Below are positions 36,536-50,429 of a DNA stretch of 53,287 bases, one piece after another. Origin of the DNA: Octopus bimaculoides. Its lineage: Eukaryota. Below the pieces are notes generated by a model that saw only the letters and a list, made by a program, of their open reading frames with translations, was not told the origin of the DNA and made no database searches. The stretch covers positions 92,881,833 through 92,935,119 of the forward strand of contig NC_068990.1 of assembly GCF_001194135.2 (NCBI RefSeq), written 5' to 3'. Positions within the stretch are counted from its first letter, which is position 1. Each line of letters begins with the position of its first letter. Both the position numbers and the translations under genes were made by a program.

Positions 36536-36814
36536 AAATAGGAAAGAAACACTAAAAAAACTGTACAGATGCATTTATCACCCCCACCCCACCGACTACC
36601 CCCTCCCTGTCCTCAGTACCCTTATAAAAGTATTGATTGCCCCCACCAACTGTAGGGTGGTGATGGTAGGGGTAGTAACACCCACTTTGAGAAAGGCTGT
36701 TGGGTATTCTTACTGTTGAAGGAAACATGAGATAATCAAACGAAGGACAAAATCCCCCTCCCTCGCCCACCCTGTAACCTTCAGTAATTAAAAACAAATC
36801 CATAATCTTCATCT

Positions 36815-37205
36815 TTTTTCTTTTTATTTGTTTCCTTTGATTTAGCCATTGGGCTGTGGCCATGCTGGGGCAATGCCTAGAAGGATGTAGTTGGACAAAT
36901 TGACCCCTGGGCTTATCCTTATAAAGTCTGGGACTTATTCTATTGGTCTTTTTGTGCCAAACTGATAAGTTACAGGGCCATAAACCAACCAACACTGGTG
37001 GTCAAGTGATGGTGGTGGGGAAAAACACACACACACACATACACATTCATACATACACACATATACATGCTGGGCTTCTACCGTTTCCATCTGCCGAATC
37101 CACTTGCAGGACATTGGTTGACCTAGGGCTATTGAAGAAGACCCTTCTCCAAGGTACTGTGCAGTGGAACTGAACTCATATTCCTGTGATTGCAAAGCAA
37201 GCTTT
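36815..37205 (-). mobile_element. SINE family B, near full length (partial copies at 18050-18245, 35520-35720, 44395-44590, 47705-47806)
   Basis: Shared blocks gccatgctggagcaccgcc, gtaaacacacc...tcggttgtcaagcga, gggctattgaagaagacccttctccaagg. Confidence 0.82.
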
Positions 37206-37812
37206 TAAACCATACACCCTCCCACCCATATCTGTCTCTGATTATTAAAATTTTCAAAAAGAAATAAAAAAATTCATTATAAATAGTTAATTAATTAATT
37301 AATTTATTAATTATTTAATTACAGTTAATAGTAGTAAGAGCATCAACGAAATGAAACCATTCGACTGGTCAGAAATGTTTGCTGGAAGTTGTTACCTAGG
37401 CAACATAATCTGATTATGTTACCCAGGTAACATAATTGGTTATGTGTGTGTGCATGTGTGTGTGTGTGTGATATGTGTATGTGCGTGCGTGTGCATGTGT
37501 GTGTATGTGTGTGTGTATGTGTGTATGTGCGTGTATGTGTGTGCATGCATGTGTGCATGAGCGTTGTATAATGAGACTGCTGTATGGAAGACATTATGAG
37601 TAATAAACACATTAACGCCCACGTTTATAAATGTCTCTATCTCTTTTACTGTGTAATGTCTGCATTAACACTTATTTAATGTTTAACTCAGCGTTTTGCA
37701 ATAAAGTCGACATTAATAAATCATCCACCACAGAAATACATTAACACTTTCTTCGTCTATGTGTAGCTGCCTATTTCATGTCAGTTTAAAATACTGTTCT
37801 GTGGGACAGCCA

Positions 37813-38010
37813 TTAACCCTTTAGCATTTAAACCTGCCATTTCTGGACCAAATATTCTATTGAAACATGTCAGATTCATGCTTTCACACCTGCCCTACAA
37901 TGTCATCCTAAAAATAAACAGTCACCTCATCAAAATATGGAAGCTATGAGATGATGTATGATTAAGTGAAAACAAAGTGAAGAAATAAGCAGTACATTTG
38001 ACAAAATATC
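37813..38010 (+). mobile_element. TTAA-CCC-terminated non-autonomous DNA-transposon end (piggyBac-like); similar terminus at about 6496
   Basis: TTAACCCTTTAGCATTTAAACC at 37813 and TTAACCCTTTCGTTACC at about 6496; no partner terminus found. Confidence 0.35.
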
Positions 38011-38191
38011 TTTTTGGCCTTTTGTTAACAGAATATTCATTACATGCAACAGAAGCAGTATTACAATAAAATTGCTATCTGTGTATTATACTTAAAGCAA
38101 ATACATCACAAATTGCACAAAGTTTTTCTGAAAACCTTTGGCCGTTAATATCATCATCATCATCATCGTCGCCGTCATCGCTGTCAGTATT

Positions 38192-38415
38192 AAGGCAGTG
38201 AGCTGGCAGAATCGGTAGCGCGCTGGACGAAATGCTGAGCGGTATTTCGTCTGTCACGCTACGTTCTGAGTTCAAATTCCGCCGAGGTCGACTTTGCCTT
38301 TCATCCTTTGGTGGTTGGGTCGATAAATCAAGTATCAGTGAAACACTGGGGTCGATGTAATCGACTAGTCCTGTCCCCCAAAATTTCATGCCTTGTGCCT
38401 TTAGTAGAAAGGATT
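38192..38415 (+). mobile_element. SINE family A copy ending in (ATT)n/(AGT)n tail
   Basis: ggcagtgagctggcagaatcggtagc...gagttcaaattccgccgaggtcgactttgcctttcatcc. Confidence 0.85.
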
Positions 38416-38781
38416 ATTATTACTATTATTATTATTATTATTAGTAGTAGTAGTAGTAGTAACACTATTGGTCTGGGAAGAGGGTTTTGTTCCCGTTGCC
38501 TTACAAGTAATGACATGTTAGTTTTCCTTCTTGGCCAGCCAGAAAACATAGCCACGCTTTGAAGAGTAAGTACGATGAGACTTCCCTCCTACCTTGGAAC
38601 GTGTGAAAGACATTTCAAGCGAATGATGCCAACCGTCTCAACAAAATCGATTCATTAAATTGATCAAAACTGCCAATAAAAGAAAAAACAAAACAAAAAA
38701 CCCCCGAAATGTATAAAATGTAAGGGAGTTAACTCTCTTACAAGGGAAATAACCTTCCTTAGAGGCGGCTAAAATTTCTTA

Positions 38782-38895
38782 GTGGCACATAGATATTGTG
38801 TCACACGTTATTATATGGTGGCACACATTGATTCATTGTGGCACACATTGATTCATGGTGGCACACATTGATATATGGTGGCACACATTGATTGA
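38782..38895. repeat. 20-bp minisatellite (GTGGCACACATTGATTCATG), about 6 units
   Basis: Read directly; the last four units are nearly identical. Confidence 0.9.
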
Positions 38896-40502
38896 TATAC
38901 GGTGATACAGATAGTTATATAACAACACACGTTGATATAGTGTGAGCGTGTGTGTGCGTGCACGCGCGTGTGTATGCATATGCATATGTATGTGTGTATG
39001 TGTGTGCATGCATGTGTGTATGTGAGTGCATGTGTGCAGGTGTGAGTTGGTGTCTCCTTCCCTTAATATCACATGATAGTTGTAAATGAATGTCACCGTC
39101 ATACAAGCGGTCATGGAAAGAAAAAAAAACAAAACAAAAATACCCTGTTTGGAAAGAAGTAAGGGTTGGCAACAGGAAGGGCATCCACCTGCAGGAGACC
39201 TGCTTCAACGAATTCTATCCGGTCCATGTGAGGATAGAAAACTGGGAATTAAATAATGGTGATGATGGTGGTACCAAACATCTTCAGATCTATTCTCTGC
39301 TCAAAGACGGAGACCTTGGATTTGTAACTTGCCCTAAATTTCCCTATGTCTTCCTTCATCTGGCTTTTGTGCTTTTCACAACTCCTGCTTATTCTGCTGA
39401 TAATATGAGAAGTTATCAATGGCTTCTCCCTTGTCTTTTTCGTGATGGCTCCTGAAAATATTCATTCTGTGGGTATTCTTGCTGTTAAATTCTTGTTCTT
39501 GTTCTTGTGCATCTTCTACAAATGAAGTTCTTTGCCTGCCTCTCTCTACAAATGGTGACTTTCATATTTGTGTGTGTGTGGAGTGTGTGTGTATTTGGGG
39601 TTGAACTTTGTTCCTTTCTAATGGTGACACCATCATATCTTTATGCGCATGTACACACACACACACACAGAGGTTTATGTATACACATACATGTGCATAT
39701 ACATACGTGTACATATGTATATATATATATATATATATATATNNNNNNNNNNNNNNNNNNNNNNNNNNNNNNNNNNNNNNNNNNNNNNNNNNNNNNNNNN
39801 NNNNNNNNNNNNNNNNNNNNNNNNNNNNNNNNNNNNNNNNNNNNNNNNNNNNNNNNNNNNNNNNNNNNNNNNNNNNNNNNNNNNNNNNNNNNNNNNNNNN
39901 NNNNNNNNNNNNNNNNNNNNNNNNNNNNNNNNNNNNNNNNNNNNNNNNNNNNNNNNNNNNNNNNNNNNNNNNNNNNNNNNNNNNNNNNNNNNNNCCTCCA
40001 CCCCACCCAACTCCATCACAAGGCTGAGTTTCATGTTTCCATTTTTCATGCTGTGAAAATAAAATACCAAAGAAAAAAAAAACTATAAAAAAACCTCAAA
40101 ATAAAATCAAATCTTGAAACATTAAACTCAGAACAGCAGACAAAAGCTTCATCTCGAACACACACACACACATGCACTCACTCATACATACATACACATA
40201 CATACATTCATACATTCATACACACACACTCACACACAGACATACAACACACACACACAGTTACGCACACTTATGCACGTGCACCACACCCGTGTATTTA
40301 CATAGGATCTGTAATTCTTAAACAGGACCAGATTCGTGGTCCTTAAAAGGTGTAACTCACCTTCTGCATTATTCAATTTCCAGACACTTTTAACACAACG
40401 CTGTATTCAGCTCTTTCATGTTTTCACAGCAAAAAAATAAACACACACACACACACAAATAAGATATAGAAATGTAGAATATTATAAGATAACATTTTTT
40501 TC

Positions 40503-40714
40503 TCTACTTTAGGGCACAAGGCCTGAAATTTTTGGGGATGAAGCCAGTTGATTAGATCGACCCCAGTACGTAACTGGTACTTAATTTATCGACCCCAGAA
40601 GGATGAAAGGCAAAGTCGACCCTGGTGGAATTTGAACTCAGAACATAAAGACAGAAGAAATACCGCTAAGCATTTCACCCGGCATGCTAATGTTTCTGCC
40701 AGCTCTCCACCTTA
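40503..40714 (-). mobile_element. tRNA-derived SINE family A copy with ~18-bp TSD
   Basis: Reverse complement of the 859-1080 element; flanked by ataagataacatttttttc and ataagatgacattttttc. Confidence 0.88.
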
Positions 40715-41206
40715 ATAAGATGACATTTTTTCGAGAAACCAAAGAATTTCCAAGGTGAAAGAAAGATGTGTTTGGTATTTCCATGATTGAGAGTTAATAA
40801 AATCCTAGATCAAAAATAATGTCTGTTAGCTGTTTCATAGGTAAAGTTTTGATGATAGTTGCTGGCGGCAAACGATAATGAAAGTTACCTGTTATCCATT
40901 TTTTATAACGACTCTGCATTATGTCTAAATGATAAATTATAAATTAAATCTTTTTGAATAATGCCATATGTTTTGTTTGTTCATTACCTGTTTTCATGTA
41001 TATCTACCTGTTCAATGATGAACCACTTCTAGCCCCCTTCGATGGGCAATTTCAGCACCATCATCATCATTCTCTTCCTCTTCATTCTCATCACCTTTGT
41101 TGTCACCATCATCCTCATCATCATCATCATCATTGCTGTCATTGTCATCATCATCATCATCATCACCATTGTTCTCTTCCTCCTCTTTCTCATCACCTTT
41201 GTTGTC

Positions 41207-41240
<34 letters not shown>

Positions 41241-42454
41241 TCATCATCTTTTAATGCCTTTCTTTCCTGCTAGTATGGGTTGAATGACTTTACAGCATCA
41301 GACAGGTCCAAGAACTGCATCTGGCTCCAAAATCTGCTTCCGTATGACCCTGGTTTCCATAAACTGGACGGCCCTTTCTATCACCAATCATTTTACAGAG
41401 TGTACTGGGTGCTTTTTTGTGGGACCAGCACTAGTGAGGTCACCATGTGGCTCACAAGACTAACATTACCTTTGACTGAGGGTAGGTACAGTTGAGAGGG
41501 TGGCAGCTTTATGCAGGGTAACAAGGGGTTAAAGTATGAAAGAAGGGGCTGGAGTAGGGGCTGTGGAGGAGTGACATGGCTGTTCGCATTACAGAAGGAA
41601 TAACCTAAGAGGAGTTGAAAAGAGAGAGAATAGAATGGGGACGAAGTGTCAAGGCAGACCCTGCTGATGGAAGAAGGTGAATAGAAGTGATTGGGGTCAG
41701 GAGAGGAAATGTGGGCGGACAGAAGTTGCATGAGTGCATGGGGAAGGCCAGGGGCGGTCAGCATCTTAATGATGTGTGTGTTAAATGGATTGACATTAAA
41801 TTGTGTATTAATACTCGTTCAGTAAATAATAGTTCAAGAAAGTAGTTCCTTTAGTGAACTGTCTTAATCACGTTCTCAAGGAAGCAGTTTTAGGAGAAAA
41901 TAGTCCCTCAAAGTTAATTGTCCCTTAAGGAAACAATCTCAAAAGGAAAAGTAGTTTCTTGAGAATGAACGAAAAAGTAGTTGAAGAGGTGAATATAATT
42001 TGAGAGATTAACTGATGTGAAAACAAGTTCTCTTGGCAAAGAAACTGTTCCATTTAAAGACAGTCAGATTCTATTGCTGTGGCGACACTAGACTCTCTCT
42101 CTGTCTCTCCCCCTCTCCCCCTCTCTCTCTCTCCCTCTCTGATTGTGTGTGTCATACAGAACTAATTATATATTCTTCAATTTTTCTATGTCACCTTCGC
42201 ATGTTATAAATAAGAACACTTGAAAAGTCTATTTCCTTTGTCACTTAGCAAAATATTAATTCTCTTCAAATATTTACCTTCACACACACACACACACACA
42301 CATACACACATACACATGCACACACACGTGCACAGACACACACACACACACACGCGTGCACACACATATGTATACACTCAGATGTATATGTTTGTGAATG
42401 TGTATATGTGTCTTTGTGTATGTGTGTATATATCTACACAAACACACGCATATA

Positions 42455-42630
42455 TCATCGTCACTGTCACTATTGCTGCTGCTGCTGATGCCAGCATCAT
42501 CATTGTCATCATCATTGTCATCATCATTTTGCTACCACCACCACTACCGCCACCACTGCCGCTGCTACCACCACCACCACCACCACCATCACCATCTATG
42601 TCATCATCATCATCATCATCATCATCATCG

Positions 42631-42665
<35 letters not shown>

Positions 42666-42686
42666 GTCATCATCATCATCATTTTG

Positions 42687-42737
<51 letters not shown>

Positions 42738-42790
42738 CCATTGTCATTGTCATCATTTTGCCACCAATACCACCACCACCGCCACCGCCA
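42455..42790. repeat. Mosaic CAT/CAC/GCT trinucleotide tract (similar tracts at 41050-41250, 46250-46660, 51425-51600)
   Basis: Direct; explains the poly-H/I/S/M/V pseudo-ORFs. Confidence 0.95.
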
Positions 42791-43339
42791 TATATATATA
42801 TATATATAGTTATGATATGTTCTGTTAAAAACGTGGTAGAGTACAGTATAAAGCTTGTCCACCTTCAGAATTGCCCAGTACTCTCTGGTCGTATAATTAT
42901 ATACTTCCAAGTTTATGTTTGGCCATTCGTCGTGTGTGAATACAAAACTGAAGAGATTAGAGTCAACGAGAAGGAGTACGGTTGGACAGTTATTCCTTAA
43001 TTGCTACAGTTGTTTCGATGCAACGTAGTTCTCCAAGAATACAGGTATTCGATTCTGCAACTATTTGTTTGCATAATGAGATCTAGGAAACACCATCATG
43101 CTGGTGGCATGTAAAGTGCACCATTCGAGCATGGGTGATGCCAGTGCCACCTGACTGGTTCCTTGTGCTGGTGGCACTTAAAAAGCACTCACTACACTCT
43201 TGGAGTGGTTGGCATCAGCTGTAGAAACCTTGCCAAATTAGATTGGAACCTGGTGCAGCCTCTCAGCTTGCCAGTTCTCAGTCAAACCTTCCAGCCCATG
43301 CCAGCATGGAAAGCAGACGTTAAATGACGATGATGACGA

Positions 43340-43392
<53 letters not shown>

Positions 43393-43495
43393 TATATATT
43401 TAGAAATGTATGTTTGCATGTATGTATATATATGCACATATAGACATATGCATAAGCACATGCATGTATACATACATGACAGACAGACACAGACA

Positions 43496-43535
<40 letters not shown>

Positions 43536-43677
43536 CTCACACACACACAATGGCAATATATGAAAAAAATTTTAATATTGACAATGTTATACATAATTAT
43601 TGACTGTGTGTTTATGTGAATCACCGTGTAGCATTGACCTCACTTTATATTAATAATTAAGAGAATATCAATAAGAG

Positions 43678-43745
<68 letters not shown>

Positions 43746-44587
43746 CATACACGCATACATACATACACACATATATGCACATTTATATATAACTACATAC
43801 ATGCATACAGGCATGGATATATACAATGTACATACACAAGCACGTACATATATATATATATATATACATACTTACTAACAAACACACACACACGCACGCA
43901 TATATATATATGCATACGTATACTTATACATGTATACATGTATACATATGCACATAGACATTGGAAATATGGAAAACATTCGCGAAGGCCAGTGTGAAAC
44001 AGGATCCACAATCTGCAATGTTACCCATTGCTCTCTCTCCATATCTACATGTGCACAAACATATTTGTATGCACACATGTTTACACACACACATGCTCAC
44101 ATGTACACACACATACATGACTGCATGCATACATATATATATACATGCAAGATTACCCTGTTTAATGTTGTCTAAATTCCAATGAAAGAGCCTTGTTTCT
44201 AGGTTAGAAAACCAATTATTTCTCTAGTGATGAATAATTTGAAAAATAAATGAGGAAAATCTATACACCACCCCCATACACACAAATACACACAAATACA
44301 TACATACATACATACACACAATACATATATGTCAATGGCTGTCTCTTTCTCACTGAGTGTGTGTGTGTGTGTATATATATATGTATTCTTTTTTTTATGT
44401 TTCAGTCATTTGACTACAGCCATGCTGGAGCACCGCCTTTAGTCAAACAAATCAACCCCAGGACTTATTCTTTGTAAGCCTAGTACTTATTCTACCGGTC
44501 TCTTTTGCTGAACCGTTAAGTTACGGGTACGTAAACACACCAGCATCGGTTGTCAAGCGATGTTGGGGGGACAAACACAGACATACA

Positions 44588-44635
<48 letters not shown>

Positions 44636-45638
44636 ATTATATGTATTTATTTTCTCCTCGTTAATAATTAACTCGGACAAAATCCATTGGTCAATGTTAT
44701 TACTGTTGTTTAGCCCTGTCTCCAGATGATCCCAGCCACTCAAGTTAGCCCTGACTGAAGAGAAGCTTGAGACAGGCATTACAGTCATTACCATCTCATT
44801 TATTTAGGGATCTCTAGGGTTATAAATATTCAATAAATCCTTTCTCTTTTCTCAAGATTACTATTTTTGTGTGAATTGAGATAGCTTTAGCTGTTATTTC
44901 TAGCAACTTAAACGTTCACCTAGAGAGTCTCTCCCAAGAGACTGGTTGTTTTGCATCATTGTCCATATAAACCTAAATTCACACTTACCTTAGAAAACAG
45001 AACCATGAATTCTATATTCAACTCTGGTTTGACTCGTTAAGGTTTTGCAATTAAGCAGTCGTTTATAGATTCTAAATGAAATTGTTTATACCTTCATTAA
45101 ACGATCCAATCGAATTTGCTTGGGGGTGGCGTGGAAAGGGGGATTAAAGTTTACTTGATTTAAATAAACAAGAATCTCATCTGTTTTTAGTCAATATTCT
45201 TCAGTATTCTGTTCGTGCCTCAAAGAGAACACTGTCTTGTGTGAATACATTTCAATAATTCAGTTTCCATACAAACACATAATTCTTCAATAAATGATAT
45301 CATGGTATCACCTTTGTTCCTCTCTTCTATTTAAAGTGTTGTTCATTGGAGAACATTAATGAAGAATTACAGCCAAACTCGCATTCCTTTGAATGAAAGT
45401 ATTTCAAAGTTTCTAAGACCCTTTTATCTGCTTTAAAATCTTCTACCTCTGATCTTTATCAATGGACTTTCTTGCTTAGAAACTTAATATGGATTAACTA
45501 AATCTATCGCAATGATGCTGTTCTCCTAAATATAATAATACGTGATTAGTTTCTTAGTGACAAAACACGAGGGACATAGCAAAAGAGAAATGTGATGTTG
45601 TGATGTTCATACCTAACTCAGCTTCCAACAGTGATGTG

Positions 45639-45693
45639 CATTAGTCATCCAGCATTAGTCATCCAGCATTAGTCATCCAGCATTAGCCATCCA
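45639..45693. repeat. 14-bp tandem repeat CATTAGTCATCCAG x4
   Basis: Three perfect units plus one diverged. Confidence 0.92.
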
Positions 45694-46324
45694 CCAGTGG
45701 TTAATGTTATTCTATGGTGACGTATTCTGTTTGTTAAATATTATTCAAAAGAAAGCATGGAACTTAACCGTGAATAGCCCAGTCTATCTAGCTGTAAGTA
45801 GGTACCACAGTGTGTTATACTTCACAACATTGTGTCCTTAGTCAAGACACTTAACTATGAATAACACAGTCAGATTAGCAATAAATAGGTACCACAGTGT
45901 GGCAGAGTTCAGTGTACTGTGTCCTTGGACAAGATTCTTAACTGCTGACAGTCCAGTCTACCATTGTGGCCCCATTCCTTGATGTGTTCCCTTCTGTTGG
46001 TACACAAACGCATAAGCTTACAGAAGAAAACCCACGTGGATTTCATTTATGGTCAAAGGGGTTCCAACTGTGACAGTTTTGTAATTTATTTCAGACAGTA
46101 TGGTTGATTTGAAGGTGATTTGGCTGCTGTTTCTAGCAGGCTTTGTAACTATGTTCAGGCTCCCTTAACTGAGCCAGGATTTGGACTTGAGAAATAGGAT
46201 GAGGTGATGGCTGGACTGAAGCATTTCAGTATAAGGGGCCTGCGTTGTCTTGTTGGACTGTTGTTGTTGCTGTTGTTGTTGTCGATGGTTGTGATAATAG
46301 TGGCTAGGATGACGATGACGAGGG

Positions 46325-46359
<35 letters not shown>

Positions 46360-46867
46360 GTGATGATGGTGGTGGTGGTGATGATTGTAGTGTTGGTGTT
46401 AGTACTGTTCGCAGTAGTAGTGGTGGTGGTGATTGAGGTAGTGCTTACGATGATGGTGTCTGTAGTGATGGTCATGATGGTAGTGATAAGGATGATGATG
46501 ACGATGATGATGATGGCGGCGGCGGCGGTAGTAATGATGCTAACGATTGTGGTTTTAGTGGCAAATGATACTGGTAGTTGTGATGATGATGATGATGATG
46601 ATGATGGTGATGGTGACAATGGTGTTGGTGTTTGCGGTGATGGCGATGGTGGTAATCATAACGATGAAGTGAAAAATACAATTTCCCAACTGATAATTAA
46701 TATAATTTGAGAAAGCATCATCAGCCGAACCAATAAAGATGTTAATCTGACGAGAGAGAAAAAAATCCGATTTAATTATTTTGTCGTCCAAATTAGTATC
46801 TTCATTGAGAGATCGACAAGATTAACATTTAAACTAGATTAACACTTATTCTTTTGCAAACACACAG

Positions 46868-46900
<33 letters not shown>

Positions 46901-47224
46901 TACATATATATATAGGTATATGTTCATATGTATATACATATCTATGTACACACACACACAAACACACACACAGGTATATACACGTATCGCACACATACAC
47001 TCAAAACCCAGACCAGCATAGAAAGCAGGTGTAAAATGATGAAATGATGTTGATGATTATAATAGTATATGTGTGTGTGTACATGCACACATGCACACAC
47101 AAACACGTGTGTGTGTGTGCACACATATGTACATATACATATACGCATGCAAATAGATAAATACAGATGTTGACAAATATACTTAATTACACATGCACCT
47201 TTATATTTTTAAATATATACACAT

Positions 47225-47260
<36 letters not shown>

Positions 47261-49077
47261 GTATTTATTTATTTATTTATTTATTTTAAGGGCATTACTA
47301 CACATAAATGCCCCATGCTAGGAGGCTAACAACTTGATAAATTCTTAGGAAAATTTTATCCTATATTTAAATTGTATATACATACATACATATATATATA
47401 TNNNNNNNNNNNNNNNNNNNNNNNNNNNNNNNNNNNNNNNNNNNNNNNNNNNNNNNNNNNNNNNNNNNNNNNNNNNNNNNNNNNNNNNNNNNNNNNNNNN
47501 NNNNNNNNNNATATATATGTATATATATATATAAAACATATATATATATATAAATGTATGTATACATATACACACACATGCACACATATATTCATACACA
47601 GTCAATTATTGACATGTTTATGTGTCTATGAATACATATTTTTATGTGTGCATGTGTGTATATTTGAGTGTATATATGTGTATGTATGTAAGTACGTATG
47701 TATTTGTGTGCAGGCTTTGGTCGGCCAGAGGCTATAGTAGAAGACACTTGCCCAAGATGCCATGCAGTGGGACTGAACCTGGAACCATGTGGTTGGTAAG
47801 CAAGTGAGAATTTAGAAAAAAACAAAAGATGAAGATGGGTGTGTAAACAACAAAAAGATGTATTAGTTTAACGCTTGGGAATAGACATATGTATGTATGT
47901 GTGTGTGTGTGCGCGTGCGCATAACGATAAATGCGTGTGTGTATACACACACACACACACACACATATCTATATATCCAGTAATCCCTCAATTATCGTGG
48001 GTGTTACAATCCCTACCCCCCACGATTGGTGAAAATCCACAAAGTAGAAACAGTCCTGTACTGTATATTTAAAAAAAATTATTTTTATAAATTGTATATA
48101 TTGATTTTATCATAAATAAACACCACGGTGGAATTGACGTAAGCTTAAATAATAAACCACGATAGGTGAACCGCGATATGAGGAGGGATTTCTTCATATA
48201 AATGTTATATATACATGTATGTATAAGTGTGTGTGTAGTGTGTATATGTGATGATGTATGTCAAGTGTTCACATGTGTATATAGGTATGTATGTATGTGT
48301 ATAGAAGTAACTGCTTACATGCATGTGTATATGTATGTAGATATATATATGTATATATATGTATATATATCTGTGAATATATGTATATGTATATATATAC
48401 ATATGTACATATATATTCATACATGTGTGTATAAGTTTGCTTATATTTACATGTGTAAGCATAAAAGTAAGTACATGCGTGTGTGTATGTGTATGTGTGT
48501 GTGTGTGTGAGTGTATGTATTTATGTGCATGTAAGTTTGCATGTATACGTATGTAAAGATGTGTGTGTATGAATGTTTATGTGTTTGTGTGTGTGTGAAC
48601 GTGTGTGTGTGTGTATGTGTGTGTTGTACGAGAGGTTAGAGATCCGATAACCAGACGCCTGCTAAAGATAATCATGTAATCCGGTACAACCTGCGAATTG
48701 TGAGGTCGCCAGCGAGTAACCTGCCCCCCACGACCCCCTCCCCCACACCTCCATCTGAGGCTTGGCTGGTGGAAGAAGAAAGGGATGTTGGGACACCTCA
48801 CCATGGAAAACTGAAATCTGTCAAAGGGCAAACGAATTGCAAGAGTCAATGGCCATTCAACACACACACACACACACACACTCTCTTTCTCTCCCTCCCT
48901 CTCTCTCTCTCTCTCCACACACACACATGTAATAACAGGGAGTGGTAGGGAAAGCATGGTGTAATTGGTGTGTGTGTATGTGTGTGGGTGTATGTGTTTG
49001 TGTGTGTGTGTATTTGTTTGTGCGTGTGTATCTATGTGTATTTGTGTGTGTCTATATTTGTGTGTGTGCGTGTGTGC

Positions 49078-49410
49078 AAATGGATGCATGGTAAGTAGCT
49101 TGCTTCCCAACCACATGGTTCCAGGTTCAGTCCCACTGTGTGGCACTTTGGTAAAGTGTCTTTTACTATTGCCTTAGGTCAACCAAAGCCTTGTGAACAG
49201 GTTTGGTAGAGGGAAACTGAAAGAATCCCGTCGTATATGTATATGCATATATACATATATGTATGTGTTTATACGTGTGTGTGTGTTTGTCCCCCATCAC
49301 TGCTTGACAACCAGTGCTGGTGTGTTTATGTCTCTGTAACTTAGCAGTTCAGCAAAAGAGATCAAGAGAATAAGTAAAAGAAAGTTCTGGGGTCAAGTCA
49401 TTTGATTAAT
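49078..49410 (+). mobile_element. tRNA-derived SINE family B with internal (TA/TG)n microsatellite
   Basis: tRNA-like head tggtaagtagcttgc...ccaggttcagtcccactg, central core, and 3' block tgcttgacaaccagtgctggtgtgttta...agcaaaagag. Confidence 0.85.
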
Positions 49411-50009
49411 ATTTACTTAATATTTGATTAATATTTACTTAATATTTACTGAGTATTAATTGAAACAGCTGTAAGGGATGATGATTAATTTACTGTTAAT
49501 AATAAACAATTATTAACTTCCCAATCTCCATCTTCTTTTTCTTCTTTTAAATGAATATAAACTATACGTTTTTATATATATATATCTATTATTTTAAGGA
49601 AATTAATTTCCCCAAAATACAAGGTGTTGAACCAGTTTTTCCTTTGGATGGAACCATCCCTTCATGAGGTTAACACAACCTCTAATCATATANNNNNNNN
49701 NNNNNNNNNNNNNNNNNNNNNNNNNNNNNNNNNNNNNNNNNNNNNNNNNNNNNNNNNNNNNNNNNNNNNNNNNNNNNNNNNNNNNNNNNNNNNNNNNNNN
49801 NNNNNNNNNNNNNNNNNNNNNNNNNNNNNNNNNNNNNNNNNNNNNNNNNNNNNNNNNNNNNNNNNNNNNNNNNNNNNNNNNNNNNNNNNNNNNNNNNNNN
49901 NNNNNNNNNNNNNNNNNNNNNNNNNNNNNNNNNNNNNNNNNNNNNNNNNNNNNNNNNNNNNNNNNNNNNNNNNNNNNNNNNNNNNNNNNNATATATATAT
50001 ATATATATA

Positions 50010-50270
50010 GGCTTGGCTTTCTAAGTGAAGATTTACGGAGTGAGTGGGGAGATGTCCAATGTTCACATCTGTTGGAAGCTTGCCTGACAAGCTTGATTCA
50101 GGACAAACAGACATGATTGCTGCATGGGGAGGTAGGCTAATCCTGGTTGGTTGCAGCGTCCGTGCTTTACATCCGTTTTCTCTTGTCTGCAAGGATGGTC
50201 CTGCAGGTGTGTTCAAAGGAGACTCTTACGCTGTGGACAATGAGGTGCTAGGCTTCGCAAACCAACAGCA
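50010..50270 (-). mobile_element. RTE LINE extreme 3' end (degenerate terminal zinc-finger region)
   Basis: Minus frame ADKRKRM*STDAATNQD*PTSPCSNHVCLS*IKLVRQ resembles RTE C-termini (KRxxRK...C..C.R.C.SRIGL.SH); ends at a (TA)n run. Confidence 0.6.
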
Positions 50271-50429
50271 AGAACACACATTTATATGCACACATATGTA
50301 TATATGCACACACACACACATACAGATATACATACATATATGCATTTGTACGTATGTAAATACTTATATACATACATACATATATACGTATGTATGTATA
50401 TACATACATACATGCATAATACCTATAAC

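Noticed and set aside
38782-38895. CRISPR-like or other repeat-spacer interpretation of the tandem arrays
   Set aside because: Units are contiguous with no unique spacers; eukaryotic context and no cas genes.
39230-39560. Coding-like purine-rich minus-strand stretch
   Set aside because: Stops in the frames examined, no splice framework, no recognisable family.
42220-43000. Long poly-His/Ser/Pro ORFs (also 32910-33236, 41029-41283, 46155-46710)
   Set aside because: Products of trinucleotide microsatellites, open in several frames and both strands.
50044-50280. Plus ORF GGRLILVGCSVRALHP resembling L1-type RT
   Set aside because: The opposite strand fits an RTE 3' terminus better; the resemblance is probably coincidental.
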